Positions 1 to 12,420 of a stretch of 64,000 nucleotides of DNA are shown here, piece after piece. This stretch comes from Macrostomum lignano. Its lineage: Eukaryota. A program made the translations under genes and the position numbers. Within the stretch, counting starts at the first letter, position 1. Every line of letters starts with the position of its first letter. The stretch is taken from assembly GCA_002269645.1 (NCBI GenBank), contig NIVC01001795.1, positions 62,001 to 126,000 of the forward strand, read 5' to 3'. The notes beneath the pieces are model-generated. The model saw nothing but the letters and a program-made list of their open reading frames with translations. It did no database searches and had not been told where the DNA came from.

Positions 1-296
1 GCGAAGTTGGCATTGCAGCGGTCCCTGCTGCACTCGCGACAATCCGCTGCTCTCAAGTCAGGCGGGCATCGGCCGCAGTAAAACCTGGTGTGCTGCGTGC
101 ATTGAGATTGAAGTACAATGGTTAATGCTCTAAGATCGTACAGTGGAAAGCTCAATATTTTTAAGTATCCGCGTGCATGGAGCAATTGGTACTCAGCTGT
201 AAAGAAACAATTTTAGAAAGGCAACATGTACTGTTAATAAGGCATGAACCGATTTGCAAGACTGATAGTAGGGTTCTGTTAATGTTTTTGTAAGCA

Positions 297-594
297 GCAA
301 TCTTCTGCAAGCAATATTCTGCAAGCAATCTTCTGCAAGCAATATTCTGCAAGCAATCTTCTGCAAGCAATATTCTGCAAGCAATCTTCTGCAAGCAATC
401 TTCTGCAAGCAATCTTCTGTAAGCGATCTTCTGCAAGCAATACTTCTGCAAGCAATCTTCTGCAAGCAATATTCTGCAAGCAATATTCTGCAAGCAATAT
501 TCTGTAAGCAATATTCTGCAAGCAATCTTCTGCAAGCAATCTTCTGCAAGCAATCTTCTGCAAGCAATATTCTGCAAGCAATCTTCTACAAGCA
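297..594. repeat. 14-bp minisatellite (GCAAGCAAT[C/A]TTCT), about 21 copies
   Basis: Direct tandem periodicity; it accounts for ORFs 161..595, 193..567 and 279..581. Confidence 0.95.
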
Positions 595-1360
595 AACTTC
601 GTACTCTCTTATAGTCTGAGCGTCAAACCAGTCAATAGAAAGTCACCAGACAGCACTGCACAGCGCGCAGAATTTAAGCCAGGGTTAAAGTCTATAACAT
701 ATCATGGACTTTGGCGCACAAATTTTAATTTATCCAAAAACTCTGCACAGACACCCCATCAAAAGTAACTTAAGCATCAACAAGATTTTTTTCAATATGT
801 CAGCCTCTCACTAAAATTTCTGCCGAAGTGTTCCAATTCGGATTGCGAGTCTCCACGCAGACTTCGCTAGGGCGAGTCCGGCAAGTCGGCGATCCGCTTG
901 GGAAGCTGGCGGTCAGGTCAGTCTGGTCGCCGTGATAGCAGGTCACCGGGGTCACAGAGCTGTTGGCGTTCGCTTGGCCTGAGTTAGAGATGAAATGCTT
1001 CATTTTAACCCATTGGTTTGTGATGTCTTTAAGGGCATTGTTGGATCTGTGGCTGCATGCAGAGCCGGCAGTCTGTCTCGCAGTCCCCCAGTCTCTACAC
1101 CTAGGTCTATATTCATATTCATATTGCATTTCTTTTCTAATACTTTTGTACACCATTTTTTGTTAATTCGCTTTCTAATTATAATTCTATTTCAAAGTTC
1201 AGTTTGAACTCGTAAAATAAAAAAATGTATCATTTTTGGAACGTGTATTGCAACTTATCTTAATCTTCTATTCAGTTTATCTGCACTATTATTATTTGCC
1301 CTCGTCTGCTTACTCTGTTTTCTCTCCCTCTCTGTCTAATTAAATTCTTATCTCTCTCCT

Positions 1361-1654
1361 TCACTGTGTTCTGATTGGCTCTTAAGCCTCGCCTCTTTCC
1401 TTAGTCGCGCATTCCATCCCTTTTTTTCTCTCTCCCTCGCTGCCTTCTGATTGGCTCTTAAGCCTCGCCTCTTTCCTTAGTCGCGCATTCCACCCCTTCT
1501 TTTCTTCTCTCTCCCTCGCTGCCTTCTGATTGGCTCTTAAGCCTCGCCTCTTTCCTTAGTCGCGCATTCCACCCCTTCTTTTCTTCTCTCTCCCTCGCTG
1601 CCTTCTGGTTGGCTCTTCAATTTCGCTTCTTTCCTCAGTCGCGCACTTCACCCC
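1361..1654. promoter_or_regulatory. Four tandem 76-79-bp units, each carrying a CCAAT (NF-Y type) box
   Basis: CTGATTGGCT at 1371, 1447 and 1526, degenerate CTGGTTGGCT at 1605; the reverse complement AGCCAATCAG fits the NF-Y consensus. The repeat is certain, the regulatory role is inferred. Confidence 0.5.
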
Positions 1655-3389
1655 TCGAGTGATGCTTTCGGCTCGCTAAAAAAAGTGAATAACAGCCTGG
1701 CCGCGCAGGCCCCGAACTCACCGAGCTGGGCGCCAGCCACCAACAGGGCGACGAGAGTCCAGGCTGTCCACATGGTTGCACTTTTTCACTTTGAGCTGGC
1801 AATAGTTTGCAATTGTTTTCGTCGAAACATACTCGTGATTTTTTAGCTATTCAAGTCTTCGAATCTAGTTAGTGATTGTCTACGGTAAAATCAATTTATA
1901 TTTTTATGCAAGTTACTTACAAAATACAAGGAATCGATTTCTGCGTTTTAAAAATTGCTTTTTTAGCTATTCTCTCAAATAGGTTACAAGGTGTTCCGAT
2001 AAGAAGACCTTAATAGAAATAAACTCTATTTTTATTTCTAAATAAAAATAAAATAGAAATAGACTTTTATTTGGCTCGAATTTAGTGCATTTTTGCTTCA
2101 AAACCTCGTTATTTATATATTTTGTTATAAATATACCAACTTGACGAGCCAATTTGCAGTATTGACGAGCACTGACTTGAAATACTGCATACATCTTCAA
2201 TATTAAATGAAAACTTCTTTTTAAGAATCTGAGTTTGATCGCCTGATTTTTCACATTCTCTGAACCAAAATTGGCCATGGGTGCGAGACTAATTCATCAG
2301 ATTTTATGGGCCCGGTAGACAACCCTTTTCAAACAAGAATCAAGTCGCCAGCCCTAGCTATTCGACGGTTCTGCCAGAAGGTCGGATTTTTCCCATTTCT
2401 ATTCACTGCACCCCTGTGTGCCAATCAGCCCTGCGCCTCAGTGCAGCCTTGCCCAGCCTCCAAATTTCATCAGCACGTCGACCACATGCGTCTGCATCAG
2501 CTCCGAGCTTCTGGACCTGCAACAGGTGGCAGCAGGTGACGATGGACACCCTGATGCAAATATCACTAGTTTCGCTAAGCAAGCCTCAACTGCTGGACAT
2601 CCTCAGCCAGTCTCTCAAGCGTTCCGTCATCACCCCAAAACCGCCGACACCTTCAACAGACGAAACCATGACTATGGACACCAGAAAGAGATTTAGAATT
2701 TTTGTAATTATAGTAACTTTTGCATGATCTTCAGCTCCATTTGCTTGACAGTGAATTCGATAATTTTTGTCTTCTTTTCTCTGTTTTTCGCCAACTGTAA
2801 GTGGCTTATGCACCAAACAGGCCCACGAAGTTTCTGTGAAGCTCCTGACTGAGGTACATGCAGAAAAGTGACTCAAGCAAACAGGTGCAAAACTGGTACC
2901 GAACAAATCAGTCGAGATGAGACGCGATTTGAAAATGAAATCTAATTTGCTACAATGGGCCTTCAGAGATGAAAAAAATTTGCTTCAATTTATGAGAAAA
3001 TTGCAAATCATTTTTTCATATTCAATTCATAGACTTTTTTTTGAATCGCGACCGAAAAAAGGCTGAGAATCAACAGCAGCAGAAAAATGGATATTCGAGA
3101 CGAGGTAAAAGAAACAATGGAAAGCTTCGCTTTGGGACCAATGTGGATGAGAATTCATGCGTGATGTGGGAGCAATGATGCAGCGCAGAGTCTGCAAGCC
3201 ACCCCCAGTAAACAGTTTACACTGTCGCTTTGGCAACGCAATATTTTAGCCAAAAACGGACAATAAACTTTTTCTGAGCCTCCCCCTTGCCGCGCCCGTC
3301 ACCCCAACTGATGATTTGGGAAAATTAATAAAGCCGACAGCCCAAGCAAAAGACAAAAGCCACAAGCCTCATCTGCACAGCCGCTAACA

Positions 3390-3785
3390 ATGAGGCCTCA
3401 TCAATTCTGCCGCTTCTCTGCTGCTGCATCGCTTTCGGCTGCTCACTGGGCGCCAAATTCGGCCCGGTGGGCTGCTTCGTGGACGGCCCAACTCGAGACC
3501 TCACAGGACTCGAAGGCAGGTCCGCCATCGGGCCGTACTCGGTGTCCGGGTCATTTGTCATCCTCAACCACATGACTCTGAAACTGTGCAGCGAGATCTG
3601 CGCCTATGAAAACTTCGAGTACTTTGGCATTCAGATTTCAGTGGAATGCTTCTGTGCAAACTCGTATGGCTCCCTCGGCCAGGCTGCCGACAGCGACTGC
3701 AACAGGAACTGCGGCGGCAACTCTGCTCAAGTCTGGGGATCAGATTGGAGAAACTCCGTGTACCGGCAGGTCTACCTTCGTCCAG
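3390..3785 (+). CDS. WSC-domain protein, exon 1 (signal peptide + WSC); start codon unresolved
   Basis: Frame of ORF 3467 reads ILPLLCCCIAFGCSLG-AKFGPVGCF...LCSEIC..YFGIQ..ECFC...DSDCNRNCGG..QVWG..WRNSVY, the WSC cysteine pattern. It ends at a strong donor CCAG|GTGAGT (3785/3786). The ATG at 3390 is out of frame with the signal-like segment. Confidence 0.8.
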
Positions 3786-3961
3786 GTGAGTGAAATTGTT
3801 CTAACATAATATTCATTAATTTGGCATGACAAAGTAAACTCAAAGTGCACGTGTGAGAGTGTGCAATCCTCAAGACCGATTTAAACTGTGGTGCATGTCA
3901 CAGGATAAATCACACATGCTCGTACAGTACAAAATTTACTGAATTCTAACTGCTCACTCAG

Positions 3962-4236
3962 TCAGTCTCACCAGAACTGCTGTGAACTCTCTTTTGTCCT
4001 TCCAGTGTAGCAAGTACTTCACTTTTGCCGATCGAGTCTACCTAAACGTGACCTCCTCCAGCGGGCCGTTCTACCGCACCGTGAAGCCTGTGATGGGCCT
4101 GAACGAGTGTCTGATTCGCTGCCATGCCGACTGCCAGGCCGTGCTGCTCCACCTGGACGCCTGCCACCTGCTGAGATTCCCCGTTGTGCCGCACGAGCTG
4201 AAGGCCGTGGCTGGAGAATTCGCCGTTCGCGTGTGA
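3962..4236 (+). CDS. WSC gene exon 2, PAN/apple-like Cys motif, stop at 4234-4236
   Basis: Acceptor CACTCAG| at 3961 with a CTAAC branch-like site just upstream matches the phase-1 donor and enters the frame of ORF 3982..4236 (ECLIRCHADCQAVLLHLDACHLL). Confidence 0.6.
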
Positions 4237-4266
4237 GGGACGGCCTGATTCGGAACAAGGACTCGT

Positions 4267-4604
4267 GGTTGCTGAAGCCTTTGGTTGCTGAAGCCTTTGA
4301 TTGCTGAAGCCTTTGGTTGCTGAAGCCTTTGGTTGCTGAAGCCTTTGATTGCTGAAGCCTTTGATTGCTGAAGCCTTTGATTGCTGAAGCCTTTGGTTGC
4401 TGAAGCCTTTGATTGCTGAAGCCTTTGATTGCTGAAGCCTTTGATTGCTGAAGCCTTTGATTGCTGAAGCCTTTGATTGCTGAAGCCTTTGATTGCTGAA
4501 GCCTTTGATTGCTGAAGCCTTTGATTGCTGAAGCCTTTGATTGCTGAAGCCTTTGATTGCTGAAGCCTTTGATTGCTGAAGCCTTTGATTGCTGAAGCCT
4601 TTGA
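4267..4604. repeat. 16-bp minisatellite (G[A/G]TTGCTGAAGCCTTT), about 21 copies, starting 30 nt after the WSC-gene stop
   Basis: Direct tandem periodicity. Confidence 0.95.
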
Positions 4605-5599
4605 CTTGTAAGACCGTGGGTTGCAAGACCAGACCAACCTAGATCGTGCGAGTAAATCACACCAGAGCTCTATTCCTGGCTGATACAAATCTAGATAATA
4701 GCGATGAGGTTGCCTTCCGCCATAGTCATGCAGTGACCCACAATAGCAAGATATGTCTATGGTTTCGAGCATGTACTGCAGCAGCCCTCGTATTCATGCT
4801 ATTTCGGCCCTCTTAACCATAGACATATCCATATTGTTCCTTACATTTCGAGGGCCAAAGGAATGTAGTCGAAATTAGCAAGCCGAAATGAAACGACGTG
4901 GCCTGATTTCAATTTGCCCCTGCTAAAGTTCGACCATAGACAAAAGTTCCCTGGCCACACACTGGCGACCACGAGATTCCATATTGCCTGGATGGGCCAC
5001 TCTACAGCCGCCTGGCCATAGCGTGAAAACCTTAGGGTTAAGACCATAGACTGCAGCTTCTGCTGCTCGATCGAGCACCAGCATTAGCAGCAGCTGCTTT
5101 GTGTCTCGTAATTTACATGTAGGATCCGTGCTGACGGCTGAGTAAATGAATCTGCCTTAGAAATCTTGGCATGATGGAGAAGAGCACGCGCCAGACTATA
5201 TAAAGATTGCTGACGCCCAAGTGAAAATCCAAATTTTTTCCTCTGCAAAGCCTTAGTTGCTCTGTCTTTTAGTAGACGTGAAAATTCAGACAAAAGTCAG
5301 CAAGAAACTTTGATTCTTTAAGCTTTGTGTAGCACTTTCATTGGAATTTGTTTATCATAGGTTAACAAGCTGTTGAAACCCGCGGATTTTGAACCCGGGG
5401 AATTCCAATCCCCGGAACTACTTTTGCATGTATTCTGAAATCTAAGGCCATACACAAACAAATTAATAGTAGGATAGAGGTAGACATAAAATGGAGCACA
5501 TTCGTGTAAAATTAGGGTTTGAGGCAAACGTTGATATTGTTTGCTGGGGTACTCCACAGAATGCCAGGCAATGTCTGTCTGACTCTAAAACATGTATTG

Positions 5600-6187
5600 G
5601 CAAACTCTGGCCTCTCCCTGACTCTCCCTATGTCCCTTGGATCCTTTAAAATTTCTATCGTCTCTTTCCTTTCTTCTCTCTCATCCCTCGTCTCTCCTCT
5701 CTCCTCTCTCTTCTCTCCTCTCTTCTCTTGTATCTTCCCTAATCTCTCTTCTGTTTCATCTCTCTTCCCTATTCTTTTCTCTCTCCTCTCCTCTCTCCTT
5801 TCTACTTTTCGTTTTCTCTCTGCTCTCCTCTCTCCTCTCTACTCTTTCGTTTTCTCCCTCCTCTCCTCTCTCCTCTCTCCCCCTCTTCTCTCGTCTCTTC
5901 CTTCTCCTCTCTATTCTATTCTCTCTTCTCTTAACTCTCTCCTCTACTTTCTCATCTTTCTTCTCTACTCTTTCCTCTCTCTCTCCTCTCTCCCCTCTTC
6001 TCTCGTCTCTTCCCTCACCTCTTTCCTCTCTCTTTCCTCTCATCTCTTTTCTTGTTTTATATCTTCTCTCTCCCCTCGTCGCTCGTCTCTTCCCTCACCT
6101 CTCTTCTCTCTCGTCTGCTCTTTCATCTCTCCTTTCTCTTCTTTTATCTTTTCTCTCTTATCTCTTCTCGTTTCTATATGCTCTGCG

Positions 6188-6284
<97 letters not shown>

Positions 6285-7075
6285 CCAATCTCTCTTCTCC
6301 TCTCTACTCTCTCCCCTCTTCATTCTCCTATTTCCTCTTCTCTCTCCCTGTCTCTCCTCTCTCCTCTAGTGTCTGTAATCTCTTCTCTCTTATCTCTCCT
6401 CTGTTCTCTGTACTCTCCCATCTCTCGTCTGTTCATCTGCTCTCTCATCTGTCATCTTTACTCTCTTATACGTTCTCTCACTTATCTCCTCTGTACTCTT
6501 CTCTTTCACCTCTTCTGACTCCTCTCTTTCCTTACTCCTTTCTTCTTTTATCTTCCCTCTTCTATACTCTCTCTCTCCTCTATTATCTTCTCTCGTCTCT
6601 CTGCACTCTCCTCTCACCTTTTTCATCTCTCATCTCTTTTTTCATCTGTCTCATCTCTACAATCTCATCTTTTTCCTCTCTCCTCCTCTTCCCTTTACTC
6701 TCTTATCTCTATCTCTTCTCTTCTCACCCCTTCTCTCCCCCTCTTATCTCCTCTCTTTTCTATCCTTTCTACTCTCTCCTCTCTAATCTCTCCTCTCCTC
6801 TTGACCCTCTGTCATATTCTTTCTGCTCTCTCATCTCTACTCTCTTCTCACTCTTCTCTACTCTCCTCTCATCGATCCTCTGTCTCATCTCTCTCCTCTT
6901 CTCACCTTTACTCTCTCCTCTCCCTCCGTTCTCCCCTCCTCTCGCTTCTTCCTCCCTTCTTCTCTGCTCTCTCCTCACCACTTGTCTCTCCTCTTATATT
7001 CCATGTTTTCTCATATCCCCCTCTCGCCTCTCCTCTCTTCTAATAGTCTATTCCTTCACCTTTCCACTCTCATCT
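5600..7075. repeat. About 1.5-kb CT-rich polypyrimidine low-complexity tract including pure (CT)n at about 6192-6280
   Basis: Composition; produces spurious Leu/Ser ORFs. Confidence 0.95.
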
Positions 7076-7589
7076 GGCCCGCACATAAGCTGGATACTGG
7101 ATTCTTTATCTGGCTTTTGAAGTAAAAGTCTGCCCATTCCTGCTTGGAAAGCCAGTTTGTGGGACGTAGTACTCTCATGGCTGTTCTCATGCTTTGATCA
7201 TGTCATCTTTCTTGCCAATTTGCAGTCCTGAAAGGAATTTGTGTATTTTCAGCTCCACTGCAGTCTGCATCAGTCTAACAACCAAGGAAATACGCATTTC
7301 TTAGGAGGCCATTTAAAATTTAAAGTACTTTTAAGAGAAACCTAAAATTTCCATGGTGTGACTAATTTAGTAGGGTTGTATTGCATTGCATCGCCTTTTC
7401 ATAAATCTTTCGCTTTTACAAACCATGCTGGAATCGCTGGATTCCCTCGATTTGCCATCCACTGTTAAACTGCTGCAGAGTTTGCCAATACAGAGGACAG
7501 TGGTTAGAATTTCTCACTAAACTGTCATGGCTAAACGTAGCCTCTCCACGCGCGGGGGTACAGAGAAGGCTATTAAAAAGTTATTCTAA

Positions 7590-8282
7590 AACACTGTACA
7601 TTTGCTATGTACATTCAGCCCTATCGCCTGACCCTTCGTCTGGGCTGGGGGAATGAGTGAGTGAGTGGCACAAACAACAGAAAAAGCAGACAAACTTCAC
7701 ATGCTTACAGTTTCTGTTCTGATTGAGTTAGAGAGTTGAAACTTTACATTTAGACAGAGAATGAGTCAATGAAGAATTGTGTCAAGTTTAAATTCAATCA
7801 CTTTAATTGGAGCAAACTTATGGCAGCCGAAAGTTAGTCAATTTTGAAACCCCTTTTACACATCTGGGCCCAGATCGGGAAAAGAGAGGCAGCCGGGTGG
7901 AGGTTGGGGTGGTTGCTACGCTGAAAAAAACAGCCTAAATTTAAAAGTGCACAGCACCGCTCAGGATTAACTTTGAGACTCGAAATTTTACATGATTGTG
8001 CCAAAATAGTTAAAGATTATCTGTGTCAAATTTGAAAAGAATCGGTAGAAGTGGAGCGGCGCTATGGAGGATTTAGTGAAAAAATCGCGCATTTTGAGCA
8101 GTTTTTTGTACTTTTAGGTAGGAAGACTTGAGTCTAGGAAATTTAATGGTAGCCTAAGACATTCTCCGTAGTAAGTTTAGGGTGGGTGTAAAGTTTGGTG
8201 TCATTTGGTTGAGCGGTTTGGGAGTCCATAGCGATCAAAATTGTCCACAGACACACAGACAGAGTTTTGATTTTTATAGGTA
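7590..8282 (+). mobile_element. Putative non-autonomous Helitron-like (HINE/Lep1-like) element, divergent copy A
   Basis: Shares TGCTATGTACA[C/T]TCAGCCC and GGAGGTTGGGGTGG with the copies at 9760 and 11570. The 3' part AAGTTTGGTGTCATTTGGTTGAGCGGTTT...ACAGACACACAGAC...TTTTATAGGTAGA resembles microsatellite-bearing Helitron MITE tails (recalled pattern, not searched). Confidence 0.4.
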
Positions 8283-10157
8283 GACGAGGCCAACTCCTCC
8301 TCTGGAGGAGAAAGGGGAAGAACTCCCATCACCGGAATTCCATTCCCTGAAATCCATTAGCTGAAATTCCATGACTTGAATCCCATCTTCCAAATCATCT
8401 CCAAATCCTCTGTAAAGCCTTTCAAATACCATATCTTGTTTTCCCTGTTCGCAAAAACTGACTGCCATTGTCCAGACTCAGATTCTTCTGTCTCCTCTCT
8501 TCTCTTTTCTCTCCTCTCACGTCTCTCATCTCTACCACCTTATTTATCTCTTCTCCCTCGTCTTTCGTCTTTCTCTCCTGTCTCCTTTACCCCCTGTTTT
8601 CTCCTCTCTCCTCTCTTCTCTCCTCTCTCATCTCTCATCCCTCATGCCTCATCTCACTATTTCTTTCTCCTCTACTCTCAGCTCCTCTCTTCTCTCTCCT
8701 CTCATCTCTCCTGTCTCCCTCTGCTATCTCATATCTTCCCTCTCATCTCCTCTCTCCTCTTTTCTTCTCTCTCCCTCTTCGTTCCCGCGTTACTCCCCTC
8801 TTCTCTCCCATCTGTCATGTCTAATCTGTCCTCTCTCATCTCTTCTCTCTTCTCTTTTCACTCTTCTCTTTACTCTCTTTACTGACTGACTGAAGATACC
8901 AAATCCATCAAAATCCCTCCGTGAAACAGAAATCCTCTCCGCGAAACAGAAATCCTCTCCGCGAAACAGAAATCCTCTCCGCGAAACAGAAACCCTCTCC
9001 GTGAAACTGGACTCCTTTTGAAATCCAATCCGCGAAACAGAAATCCCCTCCGTGAAACTGGGCTCCATGGAAATCCTCTGAGTGAAACTGACATCCATCA
9101 AAATCGTCTCCGTAAAACAGAAATACATCTAGATTCTCTCCACGAAAAAGAAATCCTCTCCGTGAAACCGAAAACCATCAGAATACTCCGTGAAACTGGA
9201 CTCAATCGAAATTTTCTCTGTCAAAAAGAACTTAACTTTCAGAATTCATTGGTTAGGGTTAGGGTTAGAGCTGCACAGAGCTGCGTGTTGAATTAATTGA
9301 ATCAATTAATTGCGCAAACCATTTCTCAGTCAGACAGTATCAGTCTTATTTAAAGTTAAATAAACGGTTGCGCAATCTAAATCAACCCTCCAATACGCAG
9401 CGGCAGACCCCCTTCCAATACGCCCAACTTTATCTATTACGTCTCGCAAAACTGATTACAGTTTTTGCAGAAAGTTAAAAGTATGGAAATAGTTTTTTAA
9501 ATGCTGTGCTTTTTCTTTTCATATTTAAAGCATACAACTTATATTCCCGAACTCAGCGTTGCAAGATCTTTCCAGCAATATAAGTCTCTCCTCTCAAAGT
9601 TTAAAACTCGAGGAACAGTTAGCGTTTGAAATTTACCAATTTCCCGACTGCTTGCTAGAGAAGCTCGCAAGTTTATTCATTGAATTTCACTGCCAAACTA
9701 ATACACAGGGCTGCCAATAATAAAACCAAATGAATCTCGACACAGTCTATCTATTTACACTGTACAACTGCTATGTACACTCAGCCCAAGCCCTACCCCC
9801 GTTCTGGGGAAGCATTAAATTTAACTGAACCCCCCCACACGCGGGGGTTTTATTTCCACTCGCACCCACCACCCCTCAATACACAGCGGCCCGCGGGCGG
9901 AGGTTGGGGTGGCTATTTTTACAAACTGGCTGCAGCCCCAGGCAGAGTGGCCAAAGAAGGTTATTGGGGGTTAAAAAAGCAGTTTTCTGCTTTTTTAGGG
10001 ATGTTAAAATGTGAAAATTAAAAATTAAAATAGCCTAAAGCCTGCTCCGGAAAATTTGCAGTTTTCCCATATAAGTTTCGACGCTGACTTGGCAGTATTG
10101 TAGGAGTTCACTTACAACATACATACACACAAACAACGCACCACTTTTAGTATTAAC
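8283..10157. repeat. Tandem segmental duplication, copy 1 (about 1875 bp)
   Basis: GACGAGGCCAACTCCTCC starts at 8283 and again at 10158; the copies are collinear through a CT tract, a 20-bp minisatellite (about 8915-9070), a short TTAGGG run and the Helitron-like tail. Confidence 0.92.
9760..10157 (+). mobile_element. Putative Helitron-like MITE, copy B (copy C at about 11570-11997)
   Basis: Related to copy A; ends in TGTAGGAG...(ACAT/ACAG)n...TTTTAGTATTA. Confidence 0.4.
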
Positions 10158-11997
10158 GACGAGGCCAACTCCTCCTCTGGAGGAGAAAGGGGAAGAACTC
10201 CCATCACCGGAATTCCATTCCCTGAAATCCATCAGCTGAAATTCCATGACTTGAATCCCATCTTCCAAATCATCTCCAAATCCTCTGTAAAGCCTTTCAA
10301 ATACCATATCTTGTTTTCCCTGTTCGCAAAAACTGACTGCCATTGTCCAGACTCAGATTCTTCTGTCTCCTCTCTTCTCTTTTCTCTCCTCTCACGTCTC
10401 TCATCTCTACCACCTTATTTATCTCTTCTCCCTCGTCTTTCGTCTTTCTCTTCTGTCTCCTTTATCCCCTGTTTTCTCCTCTCTCCTCTCTCCTCTCTTC
10501 TCTCCTCTCTCATCTCTCATCCCTCATGCCTCATCTCACTATTTCTTTCTCCTCTACTCTCAGCTCCTCTCTTCTCTCTCCTCTCATCTCTCCTGTCTCC
10601 CTCTGCTATCTCATATATTCCCTCTCATCTCCTCTCTCCTCTTTTCTTCTCTCTCCCTCTTCGTTCCGCCTTACTCCCCTCTTCTCTCCCATCTGTCATG
10701 TCTAATCTGTCCTCTCTCATCTCTACTCTCTTTTCTATAATCTCTTCTCTCTTCTCTTTTCACTCTTCTCTTTACTCTCTTTACTGACTGACTGAAGATA
10801 CCAAATCCATCAAAATCCCTCCGTGAAACAGAAATCCTCTCCGCGAAACAGAAATCCTCTCCGTGAAACTGGGCTCCATGGAAATCCTCTGAGTGAAACT
10901 GACATCCATCAAAATCGTCTCCGTAAAACAGAAATACATCTAAATTCTCTCCACGAAAAATAAATCCTCTCCGTGAAACCGAAAACCATCAGAATACTCC
11001 GTGAAACTGGACTCAATCGAAATTTTCTCTGTCAAAAAGAACTTAACTTTCAGAATTCATTGGTTAGGGTTAGGGTTCGAGCTGCACAGAGCTGCGTGTT
11101 GAATTAATTGAATCAATTAATTGCGCAAACCATTTCTCAGTCAGACAGTATCAGTCTTATTTAAAGTTAAATAAACAGTTGCGCAATCTAAATCAACCCT
11201 CCAATACACAGCAGCAGTGAGAAGTTGAACCCTCCCCCAACTTTATCTATTACGTCTCGCAAAACTAAGTACAATCTTTGCAGAAAGTTAAAAGTATGAA
11301 AATAGTTTTTCAAATGCTGTGCTTTTTCTTTTCATATATAAAGCAAACAACTTATATCCCCAAACTCAGCGTTGCAAGATCTTTCCAGCAATATAAGTCT
11401 CTCCTCTCAAAGTTTAAAACTCGAGGAACAGTTAGCGTTTGAAATTTACCGATTTCCCGACTGCTTGCTAGAGAAGCTCGCAAGTTTATTCATTGAATTT
11501 CACTGCCAAACTAATACACAGGGCTGCCAATAATAAAACCAAATGAATCTCGACACAGTCTATCTATTTACACTGTACAACTGCTATGTACACTCAGCCC
11601 AAGCCCAACCCCCAGTCTGGGGAATCATTAAATTGAACTTAACCCCCAACACGCGGGGGTTTTATTTGCATTGAACGCAGAACACGCGCACCCACCACCC
11701 CTCAATACACAGCGGCCCGCGGGCGGAGGTTGGGGTGGCTATTTTTACAAACTGGCTGAAGCCCCAGGCAGAGTGACCAAAGAAGGTTATTGGGGGTTAA
11801 AAAAGCAGTTTTCTGCTTTTTTAGGGATGTTAAAATGTGAAAATTAAAAATTAAAATAGCCTAAAGCCTGCTCCGGAAAATTTGCAGTTTTCCCATATAA
11901 GTTTCGACGTTGACTTGGCAGAATTGTAGGAGTTCACTTGCTACATACAGACAGACAGACATACAGACAGACAAACATCGCGTCGGTTTTAGTATTA
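10158..11997. repeat. Tandem segmental duplication, copy 2
   Basis: Collinear with 8283-10157, with several substitutions, indels and fewer 20-bp units. Confidence 0.92.
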
Positions 11998-12420
11998 GGA
12001 GAGATTGCCTCTTTTATTGCTTTAGCTGTTTTTTTTACTTATGCTCTCTCCATCACACTGAGAGAGCAGCCGCGATGCGAAAAATCTTCAGTTTCTTCAA
12101 GTTAGACGTAAACACCTGTTTTGTAGCGATTTTATAACTGTTTTAACAAGATTTTTGTTTGAGATCCATCAATTTTCAGTTTACTGTCTCGTACAAGAAA
12201 AAGCTTTCAACCATGTTAGTCGGAATTGTTCACTTAAACAGGCAAAAACGTCAGGACTCCGCTTCAGCTACTCGTAAATTTATGACGTCATCAAAAGAAG
12301 ACCAGCTCATGTCACGTGACCTCTACTCTGTACCCCGCCTACCAGCTGTGCTTAACAGGCTGCACTTTTCTGTTAAAGGATGAAAAGTGCACAGTGCTCG
12401 GATTTCTTATCAGCTGGGAT

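Noticed and set aside
1020-1045. D-box-like ALKDITN in ORF 800..1156
   Set aside because: Short motif lying upstream of the candidate acceptor, in AT-rich non-coding-looking sequence.
2420-2700. Gypsy integrase C-terminal relic (HVDHMR, LKRS..PKPP)
   Set aside because: The motifs are short, in different frames, and have no LTR or core domain nearby.
5519-7120. 533-aa Leu/Ser-rich ORF and similar ORFs (8376, 10251, 38195, 53784, 60108)
   Set aside because: CT/AG low-complexity DNA lacks stop codons by composition; no domain signal.
9253-9268. Interstitial telomere (TTAGGG)2TTAG, second copy at 11064-11075
   Set aside because: Only 2-3 units, carried within the duplicated segment.
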